A stretch of DNA of 64,000 nt from an uncultured Chloroflexia bacterium (GTDB lineage: Bacteria; Chloroflexota; Anaerolineae; JAAYZQ01). Below the pieces are notes generated by a model. That model did not search any database, was not told where the DNA came from, and was given only the letters and a program-made list of their open reading frames with translations. The stretch covers positions 288,001-352,000 of the forward strand of contig CAVOXA010000001.1 in the NCBI GenBank assembly GCA_963700285.1, in the 5' to 3' direction. Each line of letters begins with the position of its first letter. Position 1 is the stretch's first letter. Below are positions 9,497-19,403 of this stretch, one piece after another. A program made the translations under genes and the position numbers.

Positions 9497-11139
9497 GCAC
9501 ACGTGCTTTCCGGCAGTTCCATCGATTCGATGTAGCGCATGTTAAAGTCGGCGTCCAGGTCCAGGTCGACCTGCTCCGCCTGGGCGGCGATCCGCTCGCC
9601 GCGGGCGAATTGGTCGTCGTCGAGGAAAAGCGCCGCGCCAAAGCCAGCCCCGTTGGCGGATGGTTCGACGACGCCGATGTCGACGGGCGGGATCATACCC
9701 AGGCCGACGACCGCCTGTACGTTTAGGGCGCTGCCGAAAGAGCCGGTGAGGATCATGCGCTGCAAGTCCTTGGGCTCCAGCCCCAACTGGGTCATAAGGA
9801 TCTCGGTGGCGGCGCGGATGGCGCCCTTGGCCTTTTGCAGCTCGCGGACGTCGTGCTGGGTCAGGTACAGGGAGACCTGCTCCGCGTCCTCCCACGACTC
9901 GGCCCCGCGCAGATCCACGCCCTCATCGGTGATCAAGATGCGCCGGACACCCTGGTGATCGACGCTTATCCGATGGCCAAAGACAGGATGGTCCTTGGCC
10001 ATGCGTCCTGAGCGATCGACCAGGCCAACCCGGCGCATCTCGCAGATCATGTCCAGCAAGCCTGAGCCGGTCAGGCCCACCGGCGGGCGGTCGCCGATGG
10101 TGGTCAGGGTGAAGCTGCCCTCCTCGTCGTTGGCACGGACGTTGATGATCGCCCCGTCGACGGCCCGGGTGCCACAGGAGATGTTCACGCCCTCGAAAGC
10201 TGGGCCAGCGGCGGTGGAGGCAACCAAGATGCGGCCCGATCTCCCGGGGCCGTGGCCATCGGTGACCATGACCTCGCCGTTGGTGCCCAGGTCGATGGCG
10301 GCGATGGGACCGGGGGCGCGGTCAAAGTCATAGTAGGTCAGGCAGGCCAGGGCGTCGGAGCCAACAAAACCGCCGATGAGAGGGGGCAGGGCGATCTTGG
10401 CCCCGGCGGGGAAGGTGTCGCCGAACAGCCCATTGGATTGGTGTACCGCGGCTGTACTGTACGGCTGGAAGGGGATGCCAGACAGGGATTCAACCGGGAG
10501 GCAAAGCAGCAGGTGGTGCATGGTACAGTTGCCCACGATGGTCACCCGCTCAATGCGCTCCTTGATGCTGCGCGAGAGCTTGAGGGCGTCCGTGGCCTGG
10601 ACGATGGAGGACAGGGCCAGCATGGAGAGCCGCTGGGCGGTCTCGGGTCCCTGCAGGGCGGCCGCCATGCGCGAGATCACGTCGGCGCCAAAGGCAGTTT
10701 GCTGGTTGAGGGCGGCCGCGCCGGCGCAGACGCGCCCCGTGTCCAGCGTGGTCACAAAGGCGGCCACTGTGGTGCTGCCCAGGTCGATGGCCAGGCCCAG
10801 GGGCACCCCCTTACGCCGGTGGTCGTCGCAGGCGCGGAACATCTTGTTGGAATAGACGACGATGGGGGCCAGGGTGACGGTGACGTCGCCCTCTACCCGG
10901 GCGCGACAGGCGAGACGGTAGTCGGCTGCCTGCTCTGCTTCGGTGAGCCCCTCCAGTTCCCTGTTGTCCAGGGGACTCAGGGCGCCCTGGGCGATGACCT
11001 TGCATTTTTGGCAGGTTCCCCGGCCGGCACAGGGCTGCTCCAGGGGCAGGCCTGCGGTGATGACCGCTGCGCCCAGCAGGGAATCTTTTTCTACGGTGAC
11101 CGACCGCGTGTCGGTTCCATAACTGACGGTGACTTTCAC
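9493..11139 (-). CDS. Reductive activator of corrinoid proteins (RACo/AcsV-like, ASKHA) with N-terminal [2Fe-2S] domain
   Basis: CAGRGTCQKC...RLAC ferredoxin motif; AIDLGSTT, FGADVISR, GGFVGSD, IDLGTNGE, AAGPAFEG, TQHDVRELQKAKGAI. Confidence 0.88.
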   Translation of the reverse strand: MKVTVSYGTDTRSVTVEKDSLLGAAVITAGLPLEQPCAGRGTCQKCKVIAQGALSPLDNRELEGLTEAEQAADYRLACRARVEGDVTVTLAPIVVYSNKMFRACDDHRRKGVPLGLAIDLGSTTVAAFVTTLDTGRVCAGAAALNQQTAFGADVISRMAAALQGPETAQRLSMLALSSIVQATDALKLSRSIKERIERVTIVGNCTMHHLLLCLPVESLSGIPFQPYSTAAVHQSNGLFGDTFPAGAKIALPPLIGGFVGSDALACLTYYDFDRAPGPIAAIDLGTNGEVMVTDGHGPGRSGRILVASTAAGPAFEGVNISCGTRAVDGAIINVRANDEEGSFTLTTIGDRPPVGLTGSGLLDMICEMRRVGLVDRSGRMAKDHPVFGHRISVDHQGVRRILITDEGVDLRGAESWEDAEQVSLYLTQHDVRELQKAKGAIRAATEILMTQLGLEPKDLQRMILTGSFGSALNVQAVVGLGMIPPVDIGVVEPSANGAGFGAALFLDDDQFARGERIAAQAEQVDLDLDADFNMRYIESMELPESTCA

Positions 11140-11159
11140 GAGACTTTCCCTCTCTCCAG

Positions 11160-11928
11160 TTATTGTACGGCTGACTCAAAGGAACAGGGGCCGATGGTGC
11201 ATTTTCCGCAGACCTGGGCCAAGCCGACCTGTCTGTACTCATTCGCTACGCTGAGGCACCGCTGCCAGCAGCTTTGCTTGTCCAGCGGTTCGTCGGGGTC
11301 GATGGCGCTGGCCGGGCAGCGCATGGCGCATTCCAGGCAGCTGCCATCGTGGTAGAACAGCGCATCGTTCCCGGACTTGCAGTTGGCTGGCGGGCAGCTC
11401 GGCGTCCAGGACGAGGCTGCCAAAGCGGCCCGCGCAGCCGGCATCTGTGATGACCATCTGGTGCAGGCCAAAGCTGCCCAGGCCGGCGATGACGGCCACG
11501 CTCTTGTGCGCCCAGCGGCTGACCAGGGTTTCGCGATCAAAGTTGTGGGTGGCAGGCTCGGCCGCGGCCTGAATGCCGTGCTCTGCCAGGTCCTCGATGA
11601 GTTGGGCGGAGATTTGCCCGATGAGTTCATTGGTTTCGACATAGGCCACGGCCCACTCACGGGCAACCTGCTCTCTGTGCTGGGCGTTGGCCTTGATAAC
11701 CCAGGGGGCAAAAGGCAGAAAGAATGATATCACGGAGTGGGCATCCGGGACCAGATCGTGGGGCAGCATGTGGCTGGGGTGGACGACCTCCCGCAATTGG
11801 AGAAACCGTGGATCATCTGCGCTGGCGAATGCGACCAGTGGCTGGCGGTATTCGGTGACCGTGCGGGCCCCGGCCACTGTGCTGTGAACCGTGGCCGTGA
11901 TCAACGCGGCCAACTCATTCGGATCCAT
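11160..11928 (-). CDS. QueG/reductive-dehalogenase-like Fe-S protein (frameshift near 11370)
   Basis: SVISFFLPF, WAHKSVAVIAGLGSFGLH, GCAGRFGSLV, then the frame CLECAMRCPASA...DKQSCWQRC...CGKCTIGPC. Confidence 0.72.
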
Positions 11929-12605
11929 TACGACTCCTCGGCCAGTATCTTGCGTACCTGATCATAGAACTCCTGGACATGGCTGCGCATGATCTTTTCC
12001 GCCTGACCGGCGTCCTGCGCCCTAATGGCGTCCACCAGCTCCAAGTGTGTCCCCACGGCGGAGGGGAGGAAGGCCAGTTGTGGCAGAGCAAGATACCACA
12101 ATCTCTGCGAAAGTCCAAATAGGCGCTCCAGGCCGTCGGCCAGGTACTTGTTGTGGGCCGCCTGGGCTACGGCCTGATGGAACCTGTGGTCGACGTCAAA
12201 GAGCTGGCGGCTGGAGTCAGCCGTGCTGGCGGCAGCGCGGCCGCTGTCCACCGGTGTCTGGGCCTGTTCCAGGCGCAGGGCCTCCAGGACCACGATGTCG
12301 TCCTCGGTGGCCCGCTGGGCGGCCAGCCTGGCGCTGAGCGATTCCAGCGCCAGGCGCATCTCGCTGAGCTGTTCCAGATCGGGCACGTTGACGTCGGCGA
12401 CATAGAGGCCGTGGCGGGGGGTAATGACGACCAGGTTATCGTGGACCAGCAGCTTGAGCGCTTCCCGCACGGGGACGAGGCCCATGTCCAGCTCGCCGGC
12501 CAGGTGTTGCTCGTTGATGACCGAGCCCGGCTCCAGTTGCAGCGAGATGATCAGCTCGCGGATCAGCTCGTAGGTGCGTTTGGTGTCAACTCGCTCTAAT
12601 TCCAT
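11928..12605 (-). CDS. GntR-family (FCD) transcriptional regulator
   Basis: LEPGSVINEQHLA...VPVREALKLL HTH; DHRFHQAV...HNKYL FCD domain. Confidence 0.9.
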   Translation of the reverse strand: MELERVDTKRTYELIRELIISLQLEPGSVINEQHLAGELDMGLVPVREALKLLVHDNLVVITPRHGLYVADVNVPDLEQLSEMRLALESLSARLAAQRATEDDIVVLEALRLEQAQTPVDSGRAAASTADSSRQLFDVDHRFHQAVAQAAHNKYLADGLERLFGLSQRLWYLALPQLAFLPSAVGTHLELVDAIRAQDAGQAEKIMRSHVQEFYDQVRKILAEES

Positions 12606-12617
12606 GGGCTTCCTCCA

Positions 12618-14648
12618 CTATCTGGCAAGGCGCGGGTTGCCGACAGCCCTGGCCCGGATGCGGTAGGTATCGAGACCGTCGGACAGCTCTTCGATGGTCA
12701 CCTCCGGATTGTCGGCGCCGGAGCGGATGGCAGCGCCCAGTGCCCGTTCCTGGCTGAGGGTCCGGGCGTGGTTCAGGGCATGGGCCAGTTCCTCGAACTC
12801 GCGCCGCTCGTCGCTTGTCTGCACGAAATATCCAAATAGCTCCAGGCCCGACGCGGACAGCTTGGGGTAGATGAGGATCTCCTCCTCGACCATCACGCTG
12901 CCGGCGATGGCGCCCACGGCGTTGGCCACCTGGTGATATTCGGGCAGGACCAGCTCGGTGTGCAGGGCCTGGGCGACGGCGGGCAGAAAGATACCGGCTG
13001 GCGCGCCGATGCCGATGATGGGCTGGCGTAGGTGGATGCTGGTTTGCAGGTGGGGGTGGGACTGGTAAAGGCTGTTGTAGAAGAACCACTGGCCTATGTC
13101 GCCGCCAGCTCTGGCCATGGCCCGCTCCCGGCCAGAAAGATGCAGTGGCCTCTGGCTGAGGAAGGTGAGGATGGCGTGCAGGATCATCTCGCTGGCCAGG
13201 GCCCATACCTGCCCGCGCAGTTCGTTCGGGTCGCGAAACCGAAACTGGCAGAATACTTTCCAGGCCAGCTCCGATGCCGAGGACGATCCGCCGTGGCTCG
13301 TATCCCAGGCGTCATAGCGGCCTTCGATGTGCATCAGGTCGGTGGACGTGAGGCCCGCCTTGCCAATAATCTCCTGGCGGATCAGTTCTGAGACGCCTAC
13401 CTGGGCGACGTGCAGCAGGTTGAGGCGCTTTAGGATCTCTGGCACCGGCTTGGGGCTGTCCCGCAGGAGGTCGACCAGATCCCTTTCCCGGGAGGTGCCG
13501 AGCAGGCTCTCGTGGGGCTCGCGCTGCAAGAACCAATATTCGAGCCAGTCGGGCGTGGCTTGGGCCCAGGGGCGCAGGGATAGGGCCTTGAGCTGCTCGC
13601 CGACAGGGGGATGCTTCCAGGCCAGGTAGGCCAGTGGCGTGACCCGCTCGGGGCCAAGCAGTAGCTCTTTGTCGTGGCCGGTAGTGATGTGGCTGTCCCC
13701 TCCCAGGGCAATAGACAGGAGATTCGCGGCCTTGACCGAGGTCTTGTAGTTGCCGACGGTTGCTCCCGCCTCGCTGACAGTTACCTGGCCGCCTTCGATG
13801 AGGGCAATATCCGTGGTGGTGCCCCCCACGTCGATGATGAGGGCATCGTCCATGTGGGAGAGGAAACGACCTCCGATGGCGCTGGCAGCCGGTCCGGAGT
13901 GGATGGTCTCTACTGGCGTCCGGGCCGCGAACTCGTCGCTCATCAGGGTGCCGTCGCCCCGGACGACCATGAGCGGCGCATCGATCTGCCTGCGCTCCAT
14001 GGCCCGCCGTACGGCAATGACAAAGTCCTGGAGGACGGCCAGCAGGGAGGCGTTGAGGGCCGCGGTGGTCGCCCGTTCCACCGAGCCCAACCTGGTGGAA
14101 AGTTGGTGTCCCAGCACGACGGGCAGGTCGCAGACGCTGGAGATGGCCCTGTAGGTCCGGTTCTCGTGTTCGGGGTTGAGCGGGCTAAAATAGCTGGAGA
14201 CGGCGATGGCGTCCACCTGGCCTTTGATCTGGTTCACCTTAGCCAGGATGGCTGGTAGGTCCAGGGCCGCCTTTTCGCGGCCGTAGAGGTCGTGTCCGCC
14301 AGCAAAAAAGTAATAGTTGGGGGTCGCGAGGCGGCCTTCCAGTCTAAACTTGCTGATGAGTTCGGGATCATAGCCGATGAGCAGCAGGGCGACGCGCTTG
14401 CCTTTACCCTCGGCGATGGCGTTGGTGGCCAGGGTCGTGGAGATAGAAACCATCTTGATGGCTGATGGGTCCTCGATCTGGATGCCGCCTATGACGTTTT
14501 CGATGGCGATGGAGAAATCGCGCTTGGTGGTTAGGCTCTTTTGCGAAGCCAATACCCGCCGGGAGTGATATTCTAGCAGGACACAGTCGGTGTAGGTACC
14601 GCCGGTGTCTATGCCCAGTACCAGGCTCGATTCGAGGCTTGTATCCAA
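12618..14648 (-). CDS. Hydantoinase A/oxoprolinase-family ATP-binding protein (no B subunit in window)
   Basis: LGIDTGGTYTD, STTLATNAI, ERATTAALNASL, SGPAASAIG, DVGGTTTDIA, LGGDSH, VANAVGA. Confidence 0.82.
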   Translation of the reverse strand: MDTSLESSLVLGIDTGGTYTDCVLLEYHSRRVLASQKSLTTKRDFSIAIENVIGGIQIEDPSAIKMVSISTTLATNAIAEGKGKRVALLLIGYDPELISKFRLEGRLATPNYYFFAGGHDLYGREKAALDLPAILAKVNQIKGQVDAIAVSSYFSPLNPEHENRTYRAISSVCDLPVVLGHQLSTRLGSVERATTAALNASLLAVLQDFVIAVRRAMERRQIDAPLMVVRGDGTLMSDEFAARTPVETIHSGPAASAIGGRFLSHMDDALIIDVGGTTTDIALIEGGQVTVSEAGATVGNYKTSVKAANLLSIALGGDSHITTGHDKELLLGPERVTPLAYLAWKHPPVGEQLKALSLRPWAQATPDWLEYWFLQREPHESLLGTSRERDLVDLLRDSPKPVPEILKRLNLLHVAQVGVSELIRQEIIGKAGLTSTDLMHIEGRYDAWDTSHGGSSSASELAWKVFCQFRFRDPNELRGQVWALASEMILHAILTFLSQRPLHLSGRERAMARAGGDIGQWFFYNSLYQSHPHLQTSIHLRQPIIGIGAPAGIFLPAVAQALHTELVLPEYHQVANAVGAIAGSVMVEEEILIYPKLSASGLELFGYFVQTSDERREFEELAHALNHARTLSQERALGAAIRSGADNPEVTIEELSDGLDTYRIRARAVGNPRLAR

Positions 14649-14722
14649 GAGACTACCTCGGACTTTATCGTTGGTTCGGTTTGGCAGGATGGACCTGGCT
14701 CGGGGTTGGTCCGCGCGGCAAT

Positions 14723-14762
14723 GGTCTCCTGGCTGGGTTGCTTACCTCCCAGCCAGGAGACC
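14723..14762. other. Perfect 15-bp intergenic hairpin (terminator or mRNA stabiliser)
   Basis: GGTCTCCTGGCTGGG-N10-CCCAGCCAGGAGACC, between MttB #1 and the hydantoinase-like gene. Confidence 0.6.
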
Positions 14763-14804
14763 TTGCCCCAAGGATGAGCCGGCCGGGCTCAGCCGGAGCC
14801 TGAC

Positions 14805-16307
14805 CTAGCCAAAGATGTCAAAGTCCAGCTCTTCGTCTTTGTGGCGCGCATCGGCCAGCTCGCAGACGCGGCGCAGCTCTTTGTACATGGCCTCGTCCAT
14901 GAGCGGCGCTGTCTCGGTCTCGAGGATCTCGATGACGCGCTCGTGGACGCGCTGGCGATGAGTTTTGCTGCCGGTGGCAGTCCAGTTCTCCCAGTTCTGG
15001 CGGTCGATGAGCTTGGGGCGCCAGATCTCGGTCTTGAAGCGGTCGTAGGTGTGGTCGTGCTCGAGATAGTGACCGCCGGGGCCGACCTGGTCCATGACGT
15101 CTAGTGCCCGGCTGGCATCGGTGACCGGGATGCCGCGCAGGATGCGCTTGACCATGTCGATGATCTCGTCGGAGGCGACCATCATCTCCATGGAGCTGGT
15201 GAGGCCCTGCTCCAGGTAGCCGATGTCGTGGATCATGTTGCCTCCGATGAGGGCGGCGGTGGCGATGTTGATGGTGCCCTCCATCGCCGCCTGTTCATCG
15301 AACATCTTGGCGTCGGAGCAACCGGCCGTCTCGTACTCGGGGACGCCCAGCCACTTGGTGATGTCGGTGTAGGCCGCACTGAGGAGGGCCATCTCGGGCG
15401 AGCCGTAGCAGTAGACCGTGGTCAGCATGTCCATATTGGACATCAGGCCGCCGATGATGAGCGGCGCGCCGGGCTTGCGGATCTGGCTGAGTACGATGCC
15501 AAAGAGGCTTTCAGTGAGGGCCTGCACGGCGGTACCGGCCAGGGTGCAGGGCGCAGTGGCGCCTGCCAGGGGACATGGGGTGTAGACGAAGGGGATCTCG
15601 TTGTCGGTGGCAAAGAGCAGTTTTTGCACCACCTCTTCGGAGTGGCTCAAGGGCGACACCGGTTCGATGTACAGCGTGAATGCAGGACCTTTCCGCCACT
15701 CGTCCTTGCCGCCGACGCGGATGTGGGCCATCTCGAGCTGGTCCTTCAGACCATCGATGTCGACGGCGGTGATGTTGATGGGCTTGTTGGTGCCTTCGAG
15801 CATGGCCAGGTACTGCCAGCGGTCGTAGGTGCCCACCTGCACGTCCTGGACAATGCCCAAAGACATGTGAAAGTCGATGTTGGGCAGGGCCTGGGCAAGT
15901 CGGGCAAAGTTCTTGACGTCGTTGTACGTGGCCCGCCGCCGCTCGCCGGTGTAAGGGTCGATGGTGAAGGGTGTATCGGAGCCAGCGCCAAAGTAGATCG
16001 AGTTCTTGTAGAGTTCCATCTTGTGCTTGCGGTCGGGGCCGACAGCGACTACCTTGCGAGGTAAGGTGGCCAGCGCTTTGTCTACCAGCCAGGGCGGGAT
16101 CTTGACCAGACTGCTGTCCTCGGTGGTATCTTGGACGATGGCGCCGCCCTCATAGGCGACCTGGACCCCTTCCTTGTCGTACACACGAACGCCCGTCTCG
16201 TAGAGCACCGTCAGGGCCGAGAAGTAGATGGCCTCAATCTCGTCTTCGGTGAGTACCTGAAATCTGGGCGTGGCGTTTACTGCATAGTTGGTCTTTTTTA
16301 CCTGCAT
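14805..16307 (-). CDS. mttB: MttB-superfamily corrinoid methyltransferase #1 (non-pyrrolysine)
   Basis: IEPVSPLSH, LAGATAPCTLAG, YGSPE, TAGCSDAKMFDEQAAME, DQVGPGGHYLEHDHT. Symbol is family-level only. Confidence 0.9.
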   Translation of the reverse strand: MQVKKTNYAVNATPRFQVLTEDEIEAIYFSALTVLYETGVRVYDKEGVQVAYEGGAIVQDTTEDSSLVKIPPWLVDKALATLPRKVVAVGPDRKHKMELYKNSIYFGAGSDTPFTIDPYTGERRRATYNDVKNFARLAQALPNIDFHMSLGIVQDVQVGTYDRWQYLAMLEGTNKPINITAVDIDGLKDQLEMAHIRVGGKDEWRKGPAFTLYIEPVSPLSHSEEVVQKLLFATDNEIPFVYTPCPLAGATAPCTLAGTAVQALTESLFGIVLSQIRKPGAPLIIGGLMSNMDMLTTVYCYGSPEMALLSAAYTDITKWLGVPEYETAGCSDAKMFDEQAAMEGTINIATAALIGGNMIHDIGYLEQGLTSSMEMMVASDEIIDMVKRILRGIPVTDASRALDVMDQVGPGGHYLEHDHTYDRFKTEIWRPKLIDRQNWENWTATGSKTHRQRVHERVIEILETETAPLMDEAMYKELRRVCELADARHKDEELDFDIFG

Positions 16308-16404
16308 GTTTGTATTCTCCTCTAGGGTAAAGTCCGAGATCTTGGATTGGGGGCATGATTGATCTATACCCCCTCAGCCTTGACCTTGGTCTTACTCCTC
16401 AACC

Positions 16405-17184
16405 TCAGCGTATGAATTGCTCCTGGCGGATCTCGCCCCCAGGTGAGATGACCAAAAAGTCCGTCGTTGGTCCCAGCGGACCATCGGCACCAGGTTGGAG
16501 CAGAGCCATCGTGCCTCCCTCGGCTGCGCGCAGGATAAGTTCTACCATCTGCCGGACGTATTTGTCGGAGCCGAGGATTTCCTCATAGCGCATGCCCCAT
16601 CGCTCGCAGAAGCGGGCTACCTCCTGCGCCTGCGAGCGGTAGGCCTCAATGTCGGCTTGGTTGTGGGCGACCAATACCAACCGCTCGTAGTGCTGGTACT
16701 GTTGGTCCATGAGCCACATGGCCTCCTCGGAGCCGTACTTGGGCACATACTCTTTGTATTCTTTGAGAGGGTGGCTGCCTGATTCGAGCCAGCCCTTGCT
16801 CAGGTAGTAGGTACCGGGCACGGCCTGGAACTCGCGCATGTACGCCTGGTAGGAACCAAGCAGCAGGGCGATGCAATCGTCCGAGCGGGGCACCAACAGC
16901 GTGTGTTTGCCGGCGCGAATGCCTCGCAGGCCGTTGCCACACAGACCGTAGCCCAATACGACCAGGGCGGGCTCCTCGATGGCGTCAATGGTCTCCTGCA
17001 GCGTGCCCGTCATCTTGTTGGGCACCCTGTGCAGGCCATAGTCCATGAACACAATATCTTGGGTCAGATCTTGCGGCAGTAGATGGGTCAGCAGGTCCTG
17101 CAATACCTGGCAGGCGATGATGACCACGCGATTGGGGACATGCTTGTCGCCCCTCGATGCCGATGTTGTCACCTGGGCCTCCAT
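16405..17184 (-). CDS. DUF1638-like protein
   Basis: IIACQVL, DYGLHRVP, LGYGLCGNGLRG, PRSDDCIALLLGS, GTYYLSKGW. Confidence 0.75.
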   Translation of the reverse strand: MEAQVTTSASRGDKHVPNRVVIIACQVLQDLLTHLLPQDLTQDIVFMDYGLHRVPNKMTGTLQETIDAIEEPALVVLGYGLCGNGLRGIRAGKHTLLVPRSDDCIALLLGSYQAYMREFQAVPGTYYLSKGWLESGSHPLKEYKEYVPKYGSEEAMWLMDQQYQHYERLVLVAHNQADIEAYRSQAQEVARFCERWGMRYEEILGSDKYVRQMVELILRAAEGGTMALLQPGADGPLGPTTDFLVISPGGEIRQEQFIR

Positions 17185-17201
17185 GCGGCGAAGCTGTGGC
17201 G

Positions 17202-17846
17202 CTACGCTTCGCCGACGAACCTTTGGGCCAGATCGACGCCGGCCGGGGCATTGGAGCCATAGCCGTCGGCGCCGATACGCTCGGCAAAGGCGGCGTCCAC
17301 CGGCGCGCCACCGACCATGATCTTGACCTGGTCGCGCAGGCCCGCTTCTTCGATGGCCTTGATGGTGTGGGCCATGGCCCGCATGGTCGTGGTCAGCATG
17401 GCCGACATGCCCACCACGTTGGGCTGGTGCTCCTTGATGCCTTCGACGAACTTTTCCGGGTCGGCGTTGAAGCCAATATCCACTATCTCAAAACCGGCTC
17501 CCTCGCACATCATGTTCACCAGGTTCTTGCCGATGTCGTGCAAGTCGCCCTTGACGGTGCCCATCAAGACCTTGCCGATGAGCTGAACGCCGGCGGCTAT
17601 CAGCTCCGGGCGCAGCACCTCCAGGCCAGCTTGCATCGCGTCGGCGGACATGAGGACCTCGGGTACAAACATGTCACCGGCCCTGAAGCGGACGCCGACT
17701 TCACCCATACCAATCACCATGCCGTTGTCCAGGATCTCTTTGGCGCTCAGGCCCTGTTGCAGGCCCCGTTCCGCCAATTTGGCTGTCGCTTCCGGATCGC
17801 CTTCCATGATGGCTGTAGCAATTCGCTCATATATCCTGCTCATCAT
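17202..17846 (-). CDS. Methyltransferase corrinoid (B12-binding) protein #1
   Basis: Cap domain MFVPEVLMSA; GTVKGDLHDIGKNLV (DxHxxG); SAMLTTT; KIMVGGAPV; IGADGY. Confidence 0.93.
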   Translation of the reverse strand: MMSRIYERIATAIMEGDPEATAKLAERGLQQGLSAKEILDNGMVIGMGEVGVRFRAGDMFVPEVLMSADAMQAGLEVLRPELIAAGVQLIGKVLMGTVKGDLHDIGKNLVNMMCEGAGFEIVDIGFNADPEKFVEGIKEHQPNVVGMSAMLTTTMRAMAHTIKAIEEAGLRDQVKIMVGGAPVDAAFAERIGADGYGSNAPAGVDLAQRFVGEA

Positions 17847-17853
17847 TCGTCTC

Positions 17854-19311
17854 CTATTCTTTCACCCGCTCTTCCGCCTCGGCCAGGACGCGCTGAATCA
17901 CCTCTTCCGTCTCTGGCTTGATGGGCGAGGGCTGGTGGGTGGCCAGAATGTCGCGCACGCGAGCGACAGTCCGTTCTTTGAAGCTCGTCTTACCCATCAT
18001 CTCCCACTCTTCATAGTTGCGGCGGTCGCAGAGTTTGGGATACCAGAACTCGGTCTTGTAGTGACGGCGGGTATGCTCCTCGCGCAGGTAATGGCCGTTG
18101 GGACCCACTCTGTGGATCGCGTCCACGGCCAGCGTGTCCTCGTTAACCTCGATGCCACGGGTGATGCGCCGCGAGTAGCCGATGGACTCGTCCATCGCCG
18201 CCAACTGGAAAACGGAACCGGTCATGGCGCTCTCGGTGTAGCCCACATCGTGGGTCAGATCGCCGCCAGTGAGGGCGGAGAAGAAGGCAGACAGCGAGCC
18301 TTCGATGATGGCCTGTTCGTCAAAGGTCTTTGAGTCGGTGCAGCCACCGGTCTGCCACAGGGGCAGCCCAGCAAAGTGAGCCAACTCGGTGAGCCCGGCC
18401 ATCATCAGCGACAGTTCCGGCGCGCCGTAAGCCAGGATCATGGAACTCATATCCATGACCGAGTAGACGCCGCCCATAAAGAAGGGCAGACCGGGCTGGA
18501 TGGCCTGGGCCAGGGTGAGGCCCATCCACGATTCGGCGGCGCCCTGGGTGATGATGCCGGCCGCGGTGACGGGGGCGGTGCCCCCGGCGATGGGGCAGGG
18601 TGTAAAGATCAAAGGCACCCGGTGCTGGGCGGCAAAGATCAATTTGTCGATGGCCTCAAAGGTGCTGACCAGGGGCGAGAGCGGCTCACAATAGTGGACA
18701 TAAGTGGGCCGCTTTTCGAAGGCTTCCTGTCCCCCGGCCTCGGCAACGGCAATCTCGTGGATGCCGGCCGAGTCAAAGCGGTCGTAGGACCAGGCGACGA
18801 TGGGCTTGCTGGTGTTGGGGAACATGCCAGCGAACTCGTAGAGGGCGCCCAGGGCGTGGTGTACGTCGTTGACGGTGCCCAGGGACTCGCAGAAGTCGAT
18901 GTTGGGTAGGGCATCCACGGTCTTGGCCACGATGGGCACATCGGTCTTGACGTAGGGCCGGCGCTCCAGCGTCTCGACGTCGATAAAGTTGGGGCAGGTG
19001 GGGCCAGGGCCAAAGTGCGCCCGGCCTGGCCCGATGTGGATGTTGTGCGCGGGGTTGCCATCGCGGGCCCAGATGGTGAAGGAGCGCGGTGCTTGGTCCA
19101 ACGAGCGCCTGACCAGGTAGGAGGGCAAGCGAACGCGCAGCCCATCCACCCAGGCACCAGCTTCTTTCAGGATCTCCCGGGCTTCGTCGTGGTATACATC
19201 GAGGCCCGTGTACTCTAACAGATGGAGTACGCCGTCAAAGAGCTCCTGCAGTTGGTCCTGGGAGAGAAGCTCAAAGCGTACCCCGGAATTGATACGATAG
19301 TTCGTCCTCAT
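17854..19311 (-). CDS. mttB: MttB-superfamily corrinoid methyltransferase #2 (non-pyrrolysine)
   Basis: CEPLSPL, AGGTAPVTAAG, YGAPE, TGGCTDSKTFDEQA, HRVGPNGHYLREEHT. Confidence 0.9.
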   Translation of the reverse strand: MRTNYRINSGVRFELLSQDQLQELFDGVLHLLEYTGLDVYHDEAREILKEAGAWVDGLRVRLPSYLVRRSLDQAPRSFTIWARDGNPAHNIHIGPGRAHFGPGPTCPNFIDVETLERRPYVKTDVPIVAKTVDALPNIDFCESLGTVNDVHHALGALYEFAGMFPNTSKPIVAWSYDRFDSAGIHEIAVAEAGGQEAFEKRPTYVHYCEPLSPLVSTFEAIDKLIFAAQHRVPLIFTPCPIAGGTAPVTAAGIITQGAAESWMGLTLAQAIQPGLPFFMGGVYSVMDMSSMILAYGAPELSLMMAGLTELAHFAGLPLWQTGGCTDSKTFDEQAIIEGSLSAFFSALTGGDLTHDVGYTESAMTGSVFQLAAMDESIGYSRRITRGIEVNEDTLAVDAIHRVGPNGHYLREEHTRRHYKTEFWYPKLCDRRNYEEWEMMGKTSFKERTVARVRDILATHQPSPIKPETEEVIQRVLAEAEERVKE

Positions 19312-19403
19312 GGAGAGAACCTCCTCATTTGTTTAGGGCGAAGGCTGAACCTGAGTTTCTTCCGATCAACCTCAGCCATAACCTTAGACTGAATCTTGCT
19401 GAG

